Source of the DNA: the human T2T-CHM13v2.0 reference genome, Homo sapiens
DNA length: 64,000 bases
NCBI RefSeq assembly: GCF_009914755.1
Contig: NC_060930.1
Strand: one strand, 5' to 3'
The notes below the pieces were generated by a model, which saw only the letters and a list, made by a program, of their open reading frames with translations, was not told the origin of the DNA and did no database searches. The position numbers and the translations under genes are program-made. Numbering within the stretch: position 1 is the stretch's first letter; every line of letters starts with the position of its first letter. This document shows, one piece after another, positions 26,466 through 48,351 of this stretch.

Positions 26466-26725
26466 TCAAAAAACAAAAACAAAAACAAGACTAGGGCATG
26501 TTAGGCTGGGTGCGGTGGCTCATGCCTGTAATCTCAGCACTTTCAGAGGCCGAGGTGGGTGATCATCTGAGGTCAGGAGTTCGAGACCAGCCTGACCAAC
26601 ATGGAGATACCCTGTCTCTATTAAAAATACAGGCCGGGCGCGGTGGCTCACGCCTGTAATTCCAGCACTTTGGGAGGCCAAGGTGGGCGGATCATGAGGT
26701 CAGGAGATCGAGTACATCCTGGCTA

Positions 26726-28030
<1,305 letters not shown>

Positions 28031-28523
28031 CTGCACCAGAGCTCCCCACTCTAAAAAAAAAAGGCGGGGGAGAGGAAATGGATTCCATCCGTTCCTGTTC
28101 ACAGAAAGAATAATTTGTTGGTGGCTGTCCTCACAGATGATCCACCGAAGTGCTTAGCTAGGATTGCATGGTGGGAAGACCAATCTTTTCCCTGGGGAGG
28201 ATGGATTGTAGCCAGGCAAGAGGCAGAAAGACCAGTTTGGAGGGTGTTGCAGTGGGACAAGTAATAGTTGAAAGTCTAGGCTAATGAAGGTCTAGGTTAA
28301 AGAAACAGAAGTGGATGGGTTTGAAAGGTGCTTTATAAAAAGAAAAATCGCCGGGCGTGGTGGCTCACGCCTGTAATCCCAGCACTTTGGGAGGCCGAGG
28401 CAGGCGGATCACAAGGTCAGAAGGTTGAGACCATCCTGGCTAACACGGTGAAACCCCATCTCTAATAAAAATACAAAAAATTAGCCGGGCGTGGTGGTAG
28501 GTGCCTGTAGTCCCAGCTACTCA

Positions 28524-28709
<186 letters not shown>

Positions 28710-29693
28710 CTAGGGAGAATATGGGGAGGGAAGAGCCAAGAGGGACACCAGTGTTCCTACTTTCATTATTATTATTATTTTATATAAAGATGGGGCTTTG
28801 CTACATTGCCCAGGCTGGTCTTGAATTCCTGGACTTAAGCGATCCTCCTGTCTTGGCCTCCCAAAGTGCTAGGATTACAAATGTGAGCCACCAAATTCAA
28901 CCCAGGGTTCCTACTTGATTTCAGAGCAGCTGCCCTTTGTTCTGTCAAATCCCTACATAACAAAGTCATTTTTATTCCTAGATGAATGTTATTTTTCAGC
29001 AATGCTTCAACTCTGCTAAGCAAGTTCTTTAGGTGAGGTTAGCTTGACCCCAAGAAATCCAAGTTAAATTTATTGTGCTTAAAAAGGGTCAGTCAGGGAG
29101 ACTCTACATCAGTCAGGGAGACTGCAGAGTCAAGGAGGCCACGTGGCTGGTGGCTTTAAAAAGTTTGCTGAGAGCTGAAGAGGTCAGCTGGCCCCATTCC
29201 AACCTGCTCTACTCATGGAGAGGAGTCCCATGGAGAGGAGTCAGGCCAGGCTGTTCTGCCCTGTCTTGACCCTGCACTGCAGGGCTGTCTCCACTCCGGA
29301 GATCAGGAAAGTCAGACAGACCTATGTTCTCTCTGACAGGTAGCCACAGCCACCAGCTGGAGTAGGACTTAAAGTGACTGAAAGACTAAGAGGCTGCAGA
29401 AACCTTAGTGCCTGTCCCCAGAGAGCAGCATCTGTTTAGAAAGTTTTTTCTTTCAGAAGCTGAGCCGGGATGGTTCGGGATGAGAGAGCCGTGATTCTAG
29501 TCAGACGGGTCAATCAGGAAGCCCTGATTCTTGGAGTAAGAACTCTGTGGAAAAACAAAAGTGCAGCCAAGCAAGTGAGGTTCCTGTCTCCCCTCACCTG
29601 CAGCCAGTGATTGCAAGAATGGAAGGCTGGGTGGGACAGCCCCGGGGAGCATCTCTTCACCACTGATGCTTGTCCCTTTAAAATCTGGAGCAA

Positions 29694-30021
<328 letters not shown>

Positions 30022-30154
30022 TCAGCTGTTTATTGATCCCTCAGGCTCTGGGGTAATTTCCAGTCGTACAAATAGATGCACCTAGATCTTGGGAAAGACC
30101 CACAACTGGGCTGAGGTGTTTTTGTAGTTGTTGGTTGGTTGGTTGTTTTTTTGA

Positions 30155-30313
<159 letters not shown>

Positions 30314-31709
30314 TAGTAGAGAAGGGGTTACACCATGTTGGTAAGGCTGGTCTCAAGCTCCCGACCTCAGGTGATCCGCCTCAGCCTCCCAAAGTGCTGG
30401 GATTACAGGCGTGAGCCACCGTGCCCAGCTGGGCTGGGGTTTTGTTTTGTTTTTCCCCTCTAAGCACCGAAACTAAGTTTTAAGGGAAGAAGGAACAACT
30501 ATAGAAACCAAACATACCAGCTCCAGAGAGAAAACGTAACGTGTGTCCAAAAATGAAATAGTCATCTTTCAAGCCCAGTTTCCCCTCCAAAAACCGGTTT
30601 CCCATCCTAACTTCCCTGTTTCTCTCAACAGGAACAGCATTCTCTGAGCTGCCCAAGCTCACTCTTGTTTTTATTTTATTTTTATTTTTTGAGACGGAGT
30701 TTCAGTCTTGTTGCCCAGGCTGGAGTGCAATGGCCTCCTATCCGTCTGCTGTGAGCTTCTTCAGGAAAGAGCCCTCCACTCCACCTCAGGACACCAGAGT
30801 ATCACCCTATAAATGAGGCTGAATGACTGAGCCTACTACCAGAGATCCTTTTGGGGTGGGGGTTCTTTTCTTGTTTGTTTGTTTTGATCCTTCCTTTTTT
30901 TTTTTAAACTTTTTGTGGAGAATGGGGTCTCGCTATGTTTGTTGCCCAGACAGGTCTTGGACTCCTGGGCTCAAGTCATCGTCTCACTTCTGCCTCCCTA
31001 AGTCCTGGCATTACAGGTGTGAGCTACTGCCCCCAGCTCTGGAGGTTCTTTTCTTCTTTTCCTCTCTACCTCCAATAACTTGTGCACAAGGCCCTCAGTC
31101 TTCCTTTCATCTGCCCTGTCCCCGAGACAACAGAAACCAAGGCACAGACTACTAAAGGGAAACAGTTCCAAGTGAATCTGGCATTCAGGGCTCCAGTAGA
31201 CACCTCATACTCCACTCCAGCCCTTTCCCATTTCAAGGGCACCTTTGTCTCCAGGCTGAGGCTCCTGGAATATGCACAGATCTTGCTCCACGCCACTAGT
31301 GCCCTTTGTTTCGCCTTCCTCTCACTTTCTCCATTGTTCTGGAGACTTAAACGTCACTGTTAAATTTGAAAGTCCTACTCAAGTCCTGCCCTTTGTAGGA
31401 AGCTTTCTCAACCTGCTGGATCTCTCACTGCCTCTTTTCTGAATTGTATGGGATTTCTTTCTTTCTTTTGTTTTTTCCCAGTCTCGCTCTGTTGCCCAGG
31501 CTGGAATACAGTGGTGCGATCTTGGCTCACTGCAAGCTCCGCCTCCCGGGTTCACGCCATTCTCCTGCCTCAGCCTCCCAGTCCAGTAGCTGGGATTACA
31601 GGCACCCGCCACCATGCCCGGCTATGAATTCTATGATATTTCTTAATCTAATCTAAAATGTTTATTTGTACATAATCATAGGCCACCTTATGCTGTTATT
31701 TAATTTCTC

Positions 31710-34149
<2,440 letters not shown>

Positions 34150-35488
34150 TGAGACTCCCAAGTAGCTGGGATTACAGGAATGTGCCACCATGCCTGGCTG
34201 ATTTTGTATTTTTAGTAGAGACAGGGTTTTACCATGTTGGCCACGCTGGTCTCGAACTCCTGACCTCAGGTGATCCACCTTGCTTGGCCTCCCAAAGTGC
34301 TGGGATTACAGGTGTGAGCCCCTGTGCCCGGCTGAATTCAATATATTTTTGAAAGCTAGAGAAGAAAGCAAATTGAGTCCTTAATGGCAAAAATAAGGGA
34401 AAAAAATTTGCATTCTTTCAAGTCGTGGCCAAATTAATGGAAATAAGTAGTACCGGTATTCATAGTAGGACCTTCTGAGTAAGCCAATTCTCCTCCATAG
34501 GACTGAATTATTCTCAAATTAAAATAATCATCCATGAGGTCTACATTTCATGACTTAGTCCATCCATGCATACAACCCAATTCCTACCACAATCTGAATC
34601 AGTTTAAACATGATTGAACGTCACTATGCAGGATTTATCATATTTGCGACAGGAAAAACATTCGGTTTGGCAGGAAACAAATGATATTACAGGGCCCAAA
34701 GGTGAGTAATTGGCCCTAATGACTTGGAAATAAATTTGAATTCGCATTGGGTAGGCTGTATAAATATATACTGTATAACTGAATGCCTGGTGCTTTGGGG
34801 GGACAAGCGGGGTGGGAGTGGGGGGCGAGGGGAGGGGAGAGCATTGTTGTCAGCCTCTCCCTTGCAGCTGGTGCCATTCCTACTTTCTTCTCCTCCCCAA
34901 GCTGAATGACAGTAGGTTAAAGGAACTGTTGAAGCACAGACAATGAGCAAAGAAAGTGGCAATTCACAGCCTATTAACCTTGGATTTTGGAAGTTGTGCC
35001 ACCCCCCCACCCCGACTCTCCACTACAGCTGGCTTTAAAATCACAGCTTTTAAGGATTCGCCTCCAGGTCTAAGGTGGGAGTTACGCTTTTGGTTAAGAG
35101 TGACCAAGAATTGAAAGAATTTCCTGGGAGTCCTGGAAAGGTAACTCAGGTGGAGAAAGTCTTCTTGGTGGATCAGAGATCAGATGCAGGGGCTGGGTGT
35201 GGTGGCTCATGTCTGTAAACTCACCACTTTGGATCAGAGTCCGAATGCATGGCAGGGACGGCACTTGGTAACTGTAATTTATGTGCCTTTGCTTCCAAGT
35301 GTTCAGAGAAATGGGTATGAAGACAGCAGCCTTATTTCAGAGGACATTGATTGATTCAGTCATTCTGAAAATATTTATTGAGAGCTTGTTCTGCCCTTCA
35401 TTGGATGCACAGCCAAGAATGGAACAAAGAGGCCGGCACAGTGGCGCCTGTAATCTGAGCACCCTGGGAGGCCGAGGCAGGTGGATCA

Positions 35489-35777
<289 letters not shown>

Positions 35778-36035
35778 CTACGGTGACTAACCTCACTGGT
35801 ATGCCCAGGACTGAAATTTCTGGAATGTAGGGCTTTCAGTGCTAATACCAGAAAGTTCCTAGCAAATCAAAACTAGGCTGTTTGCTTTTAAAATTTTTTT
35901 TACAGGCCTGGTACAGTGGTTCACACCTGTAATCCCAGCACTTTGGGAGGTTGATGCAGGAGAATCACTTGAGCCCAGAAGTTTGAGACCAGCCTGGTCA
36001 ACATAGCAAGACTCCATCTCTACAAAAAAAATTAA

Positions 36036-36616
<581 letters not shown>

Positions 36617-36650
36617 TCATGAAGTCAGGAGATCGAGACTATCCTGGCTA

Positions 36651-37019
<369 letters not shown>

Positions 37020-37207
37020 TTAGAGTCAGACTTTCTCTATGCTGCCCAAGCTGAGCTCAAGAAATCCTCTTGTCTCAGCCTCCTGAGTAGCTGGGACGGC
37101 AGACATGTGCCACCATGCATGGCTCATGGTTGGTTTTTCAAATTATTGTCAAGTGTTATAAAAATTTGAGTTGTTCTTTTAAAATATAGTATAAACTCAT
37201 CTACTAA

Positions 37208-37601
<394 letters not shown>

Positions 37602-37740
37602 TAAAATGTGGGGCTAAAAAAACCTTTTTAAAAAAGATTTGGGAACAGCTGGGCATGGCGGCTCATGCCTCTAATCCCAGCACTTTGGGAGGCCGAGGAG
37701 GGCGGATCACGAGGTCAGGAGATCGAGACCATCCTGGCTA

Positions 37741-38239
<499 letters not shown>

Positions 38240-38245
38240 TAGCTG

Positions 38246-39508
<1,263 letters not shown>

Positions 39509-39693
39509 AAGACAGGTATCATTTGTCAGCTGAATATATCTATCCTCATCTTGAATTTTAGATTCACATTTTGTATTGAAAATGTTTGAAAAGCTGGGCA
39601 TGGTGGCTCAGGTCTGCCATCCTCCAACTTTGGGATGCCAACGTGAGAGGACTGTTTGAGCCCAGGAGTTCGAGACCAGCCTGGACAATATAG

Positions 39694-39894
<201 letters not shown>

Positions 39895-40756
39895 TAGGAG
39901 AGGCAGGGTTTCACCATGTTAGCCAGGATCGTCTCCATCTCCTGACCTCGTGATCTGCCCACCTAGGCCTCCTAAAGCGCTGGGATTACAGGCGTGAGCC
40001 ACTGTGCCTGGCCAACAAGTTTTTGTTTTTTTAGGGTCTGTTGCTGAGGCTGGATTCGAACTCTTGGGCTCAAGGGACCCTCTGGTGCAACCTCCTGAAT
40101 AGCTAGAACTACGGGTGTATGCTGCCATGCCTGGCTAACATAAAAGTATTTTATATCCGCTTTGGATAGTTCACACAAAGAGTTCTGGCTGGAAAGCCAA
40201 ATAGAGATATTTTAAATGCCACTTGTTAACCATTTTCACTTCCTCAATAATTGCAACTCCTTGCTGGTAGCTGGCCTATTTGAAAGGGTACCTCAGATGC
40301 AGAGAATGATTTTTGAACAAAATGGTAAATGGCAGTATCACATGTCAATTTATGTATTTATGTATGTATGTATTTATTTTTTGAGACAGGGTCTTGCTCT
40401 GTCATCCAGGCTGGAGTGTAATGGCATGATTGTGGCTCACTGCAGCCTTGACTTTCTAGGCTCAGGTGATCCTTCCACCTTAGCTCCGTGAATAGCTGGG
40501 ACTATAGGCATGAGCCACCAAGCCTGCTTAATTTATTTTTTTTGAGATGTAGTCTCACTCTGTTGCCCAGGCTGGAGTGCAGTGCTGCATGATGTCGGTT
40601 CACTGCAACCTCCGCCTCCCAGGTTCAAGCAATTCTCTGCCTCAGCCTCTGGAGTAGCTGGGATTACAGGTGCCCGCCACCATGCCCAGCTAATTTTTAT
40701 ATTTTTAGTAGAGATGGGGTTTCACCATCTTGGCCAGGCTGGTCTTGAACTCCTGA

Positions 40757-41221
<465 letters not shown>

Positions 41222-41891
41222 TGAACTCCGGGTTTCAAGTGATTCTCCCACCTTGGCCTCCCAAAGTGCTGGGATTATAGGCATGAGCCACCTGGTCTGG
41301 CCCATTTACTTATTTAACAAGCATTTATCTCCTATGGGACAGGTACTTTGCTGGGTAAGTGGGGAGATGTAGAGTAGAAGTAATGTGAATATGACCCTTA
41401 CATCTGAGGCCTGGGAAAATCTGGGACAGTCCCAGGCATACTGACATGACTTGCGAAATCTCCAATCTCCAAGGATCTGCTCTATAGTAACTTCCAAAAA
41501 TGTGGCTCCTTCCTTCTGGTTTTTCTTGCCTTCTAGGATAAGAGAATTCCAGGTTACCTGTTTTGGGTCAAAGGATGCTTTGGAGATACAAACTCTATCA
41601 ACTGGGCCCCTGGTCTCACCTTCAAAAATATCAATTCAAACACTCAGAGTGCCAAAAGCATAACTGTGACCAATGTGTGTCCTATTTATATCTGTCTGTC
41701 TGGCTGTCTCTTTTGAGGTTTCTTTTTTTGTTTTTTTAGAGCTAGGGTCTTGCTCTGTTGCCCAGGCTGGAGTGCAGTGGTGCGATCATAGCTCACTGCA
41801 ACCTCAAAGTTCTGGACTCAACTGATCAGTCCTCCTGCCTCAGCTCCCAAGTAGCTGTGACTATTGTGCCTTTGTGCCTGGCTAAGTTTAA

Positions 41892-42113
<222 letters not shown>

Positions 42114-42555
42114 TGAGACGGAGTCTCACTCTGTCATCCAGGCTGGAGTGCAGTGGCACAATCACGGGCTCACTTCAACCTCTGCCTCGCGGGTCCAAGT
42201 GATTCTCCTGCCTCAGCCTCCCGAGCAGCGGGGGTTACAGGCACCCGCCACCACACCCGGCTAATTTTTTTTTTGTATTTTTAGTAGAGATGGGGTTTCA
42301 CCGTGTTAGCCAGGATGGTCTCGATCTCCTGACCTCACGATCCGCCCGCCTCAGCCTCCGAAAGTGCTGGGATTACGTGAGCCACAGCGCACGTCCAAAT
42401 TTTTGTGTTTTTAGTAGAGACGAAGTTTCGCCATGTTGGCCAGGCTGGTCTCGAACTCTTGACCTCAGGTGATATGCCTGCCTTGGCCTTCCAAAATGCT
42501 GGGACTGCAGGCATGAGCCACCGTGCCAGGCTGTAAATGTTTTGAATATAGTCAT

Positions 42556-44701
42556 TATTTGGGGAAAAATTTGGAAACTGTTTTTCCCCTACTCACATAC
42601 CACCACAATAATCATCAACACAGAAGTTTTCTGGGACCAAATGAATGGAGGTTTTCCCTATACACCAAGAAGCAGACACCAGCTGAGAGTCCTTTGATTC
42701 AATTCCAACACTATCCACCTGGGGATAGCCTCAGATCCCACAGGTTGAAGGCTCAGTCCCCAAGACTCATCCCCAACACCATTTGTAAGTCCGGGCCTGT
42801 GGAACTTCTGACCAACCAGCTTTGAGTTGGGTGGGGTTCCCATGACGCTCTCTTGGGTTTGATTAATTTGCTAGAGGGGCTCACAGAACTCGGGGAAACA
42901 ATTACTTACATTTACTAGCTTATTATAAAGGATACTACAAAGGATGCAGATGAAGAAATGTGTGGGGCAAGGCATGGCGGAGAGGGTGGAGCATCCGTGC
43001 ACTCCCCAGTGTGCCACTCTCCAGGAACCTCCACTTGGTCAGCTATATGGAAGCTCCCTGAACCCAGTCCTCTTGTTTTGTTTTGTTTTTTAAATTTTCT
43101 GAGATAAGGTCTCCTCTCTCTGTCCCCCAGGCTGGAGTTCAGTGACACTATCACAGTGCACTGCAGCCTTGACCTTCTGAGTTCAAGTGATCCTCCTACC
43201 TCAGCCTCCCAAGTAGCTGGTACTACAGGTACTCGCCACCACACCTAGCTAATTTCTTTTTTTTTTTGAGAGTGACTTTCGCTCTGTCACCCAGGCTGGA
43301 GTGCAATGGCACAATCTCCGCTCCCTGCAACCTGTGTCCCCCAGGTTCAAGTGATTCTCCTGCCTCAGCTTCCTGAGTAGCTGGGATTATAGTGCCAGCC
43401 ACCATGCCTGGCTAATTTTTGTATTTTTATTTTTAGTAGAGATGGGGTTTCATCGTGTTGGCCAGGCTGGTCTTGAACTCCTGACCTCAGGTGATCTACC
43501 TTCCTCGGCTTCCCAAAGTGTTATGATTACAGGCATAAGCCACTGCTCCCGGACTAATTTTTTTTTTTTTTTTTTGAGAGACTGGGTCTTGCTCTGTTGC
43601 CCGGGCTAGTTTCAAACTCCTGGCCTCAAGCGATCCTCCCGCCTAGGTCTACCGGAGTGTTGAGATTATAGGTGTAAGCCACTTTGCCAGGACCCTCTTG
43701 GATTTTTATGGAAGCTTCATGAATCCAGCATTCCTTCCCCTAGGGTATATATGGTGGACCCTTTAAGACCCAGAATCCGAAAGATGAGGGGTGGGGGAAG
43801 CCCTGGCGAGGTGGCTCATGCCAGTAATCCTAGCATTTCGGGAGGCCAAGGCCGGAGGATTGCTTGAACTCAGGAGTTTCAGGCCACAGGGAGCTATGAT
43901 TACACAACTACACTCCAGCCTGGGCAACTGAGTGAGACCTTGTCTCAAAAAAGTAAAAAGAAAAAAGAAAAGCAGATTAGTGTCTTGCACTGGGGCAGGT
44001 GAAAGAAGGGCAGGAGAAGCCGGGCACGGTGGTTCACACCTGTAATCCCAGCACTTCGGGAGGCTGAGGCGGGCGGATCACCTGAGGTCGAGAGTTCGAG
44101 AGTTCGAGACCAGGCTGACCAAAATGGAGAAACCCCGTCTCTACTAAAAATACAAAATTAGCCGGGCATGGTAGCACATGGCTGTAATCCAGCTACTTGG
44201 GAAGCTGAGGCAGGAGAATCGGTTGAACCCAGGAGGCGGAGGTTGTGGTGAGCCAAGATTTGGAGCCATTGCGCTCTAGCCTGGGCAACAAGAGTGAAAC
44301 TCCATCTCAAAAAAAAAAAAAAAAAATAGGCAGGAGAAAGTCAGAGAGCAACTGTTTCCTGAGGCCTGTCCCTGAGACCTAGCAAGCCCAACATTATAAC
44401 AAGAGATTATAACAAAGGCTATGGGAATAGGCCTGGCGAGGTGGCTGAGACCTGTAATCCTAGCACTTTGGGAGGCCAAGGCCAGTGAATCCCTTGAGCT
44501 CGAGCTCAGGAGTTCAAGACCAGGCTGGCCAACATGTAGAAACCTTATCTCTACAAAAAATACAAAAAGTAGCTGGGTGTGATGGCGCACACCTCTAGTC
44601 CCAGCTACTTGGGAGGCTGAGGTAGGAGGATCACTTGAGCCTTGGGGGGTGGAGACTAATACACACATAAAATAATATCACACACATAAAATAATATCAC
44701 A
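42556..44701 (-). mobile_element. MER21-family (ERVL) solo LTR fragmented by five Alus
   Basis: MER21-like blocks (CAGATCCCACAGGTTGAAGGCTCAGTCCC, GGCTCACAGAACTCGGGGAAACA, terminal ATATCACA) and a 5-bp TSD GTCAT (42551-42555 / 44702-44706). Confidence 0.75.
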
Positions 44702-45027
44702 GTCATAATCTATTAGATTTGGAAGAGTGTTAGAGTCCATCTAGGTCAATCCCCTTTTTTCACAAATGAAGAAAATGAGGCATAGTGACATCACAAAAAG
44801 CTGAGATGAAACCTCAAGTGTCTAGATTTCCAGTATAATCTTCCCAGTAGCCATATTGTATTAAATAACCACATTGATTTTATAGTTTTCCTCTTTGTAT
44901 TTGTTTAGAATCATAAATGCCTAAAGTTTTCTAGGTAACATACACTGTTTGAGAACCCTCAATTTCGTAATCGTGTACACATGGACACATAAAAACACTG
45001 TCTTTTTTTTTTTTTTTCTTTTTTTGA

Positions 45028-45186
<159 letters not shown>

Positions 45187-45278
45187 TAAGTAGAGACGGG
45201 GTTTCTCCATGTTGGTCAGGTTGGTCTCGAACTCCTGACCTCAGATGATCTGCCTGCTTCGGCCTCCCAAAGTGCTAG

Positions 45279-45587
<309 letters not shown>

Positions 45588-46150
45588 TGAGCCATCGTGC
45601 CTGGCCAAAATATTTTTTTTTTAAAATGAATGTTTGACAATTGAGAGAAAGACCAAAAGCAGGAAATTAATAATCCACTAAGTTTCAGTCACAATGTAAC
45701 TGCCAATGTTTGAATCTTTTCTGTTTCACTCTATGTGTCTGTGTGTAGGATCGGAAAGGGAGATGGCACTGGGTTTCTGTAAGGTGTGAGTGAATCTTGG
45801 GTTTTGGAAACACTGAGATTTCAGAAAACAGAATATAAATTGTAGATGTCCCAATTTGGCAAGAGATAAGCTCTGTTTTTGTTTAGAAAATTCTATAGAT
45901 TCATAGATAAGAAACTATGGGCAAAAGTGTTTGATACGTAGATCAACCAGTATTTAGGCAGGGATCATGTCTGTGAAAACCTTGAAGTGTGCAAGGTGGG
46001 GTAAATGAGAGAGTAGCTCTAGACTGAGCTGGACTGGTCTATCATCCAATGAATCTCTAGGATTCTGATGGTGAAAAGGTTATTTTCTCCTTTCCTGCTC
46101 ACTTCTGTGGCCCTGACAGAGGGAAGAACTAGTAGCTTCTGTGGTAGACT

Positions 46151-46151
46151 A

Positions 46152-46189
<38 letters not shown>

Positions 46190-46195
46190 CTTTTT
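46151..46195. repeat. (AT)n microsatellite abutting a poly(T) tract
   Basis: Read directly. Confidence 0.95.
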
Positions 46196-47961
46196 TGCTC
46201 CCTGGAGTGTTTGTCTCCCTCCCCTTTGGATAACAAAATCTGCTCTACCCGCCATGTCCATGGTGGGAAAGGAGTTTTCTTTTTTGTTTTTTGAAACAGT
46301 CTCGTTCTGTTGCCCAGGCTGGAGTGCAGTGGCGGGATCTCGGCTCCATGCAACCTCTGTCTCCTGGGCTAAGCGATCCTCCCACCTCAGCCTCCTCAGT
46401 AACTGGGATTACAGGCACGTGCCACCATGCCAGGCTAATTTTTGTATTTTTAGTAGAGAGGGGTTTTGCCCTGTTGACCAGGCTGGTGTCGAACTCCTGG
46501 GCTCAAGTGATCCGCCCGCCTCGGCCTCCCAAAGTGTTGGGATTACAGGCATGAGCCACTGTGCCTGGCCGCAAAGGAGTTTTCTTTGGCGCTATCATCT
46601 CTGCTGGTTGGAGAGGATGACAGAAGAAGGAAATGCTGAGATGAATGGAGAGAAAAAGAGAATGAAGGAATGAAGGAAGGACGATGACATCCTTTGTAGC
46701 CCTGAAACTCGGACTCTGGGTTTCCAGATAGGTGAGCCAAGCCCCTCTTCCTTTTTTTCCATAAGCCATTTTCATCTGGGCTCCATTCACCTGCAACTGA
46801 AGGCATCCTGATTCATACAGCTCCTCCCCCTTTCCCTGCCTACTCACAGGATCCCTGTAATCCCTATACCTCAGTTTCCTCATACTGATCCCCTGTGGAT
46901 TAGTTGATCACTGATAAAGTTGATTTTTCCCACCAAACACAGAGTGCAGTATTATTATAAACAGTAACGTCTATTCTTAGGAACTGCAGGTTTCCCGTCT
47001 TGGCTGCTTTACCAGAGTTTCTGAATCAGGGCCAGCTCTCTTTCAATAACACAAGACAATCTAAGCAGAATAGTAATGATAGTCCAAAATTTTTACACAA
47101 TCCAAAGTACCAGCGACTTTCAGTGACTTGTATAAACAAGGTCCACAGACGACCAGTAGGGTTGAAAGCATCATTTTATTGTATTTGGTTTGTGCTGTGG
47201 CATTTTATTGAGGCTTGACAAATAAGACTGTAATTTGGGGACAGGAAGCACTGAATAACAAAAAGAACTAATGTCTCCTTGACATCACTCACTCTTAAGA
47301 GGGCTGTTTACATCTGAGTTTACCTCCTAGTGTGTTTTAAAATACTCTTGCAAATCTCAGTTGGCTCGAAATAGCTGTTCTATGTTCTTTCAATGGAAGC
47401 CCCCACCTTCTGAGTACACTGGTTCATAGTTATTTATAAACCTGATGTCACTCAAATATTATTTTTACATCCCTCTCCTTACTCCCTCACATATGAAGAT
47501 AGACCTATATAAAATTAGAAACTTCACATAAGGTATTCAGTCACTTAGGTAGGAATTATTGTCAGTCAGCAATCATTTATGAAGCATAAATTCATCATAT
47601 TGGGTGAAGCATGTCTGTAAAACTGTTCCGTGGTAACCAGCTCTTTCTTCTTCTTTTTTTTTCCTTGGTGTTCTGAGGCAATTTAGGAAAAGCAATGAGG
47701 GCTGGGGGCTGGACTTAAAAGGTCTGTTTTTTTAAATTTTTTTATTTTTCGAGACAGAGTCTCGCTCTGTTGCCCAGGTTGGATGGAGTGCATGATCTCG
47801 GCTCACTGCAACCTCCACCTCCCAGGTTCAAGCGATTCTCCTGCCTGAGCCTCCTGAGTAGCTGGGATTACAGGCGTGCACCACTATACCCAGCTAATTT
47901 TTTGTATTTTTAGTAGAGACGGGGTCTCACCGTCTTGGCCAGGCTGGTCTCGAACTCCTGA

Positions 47962-48351
<390 letters not shown>

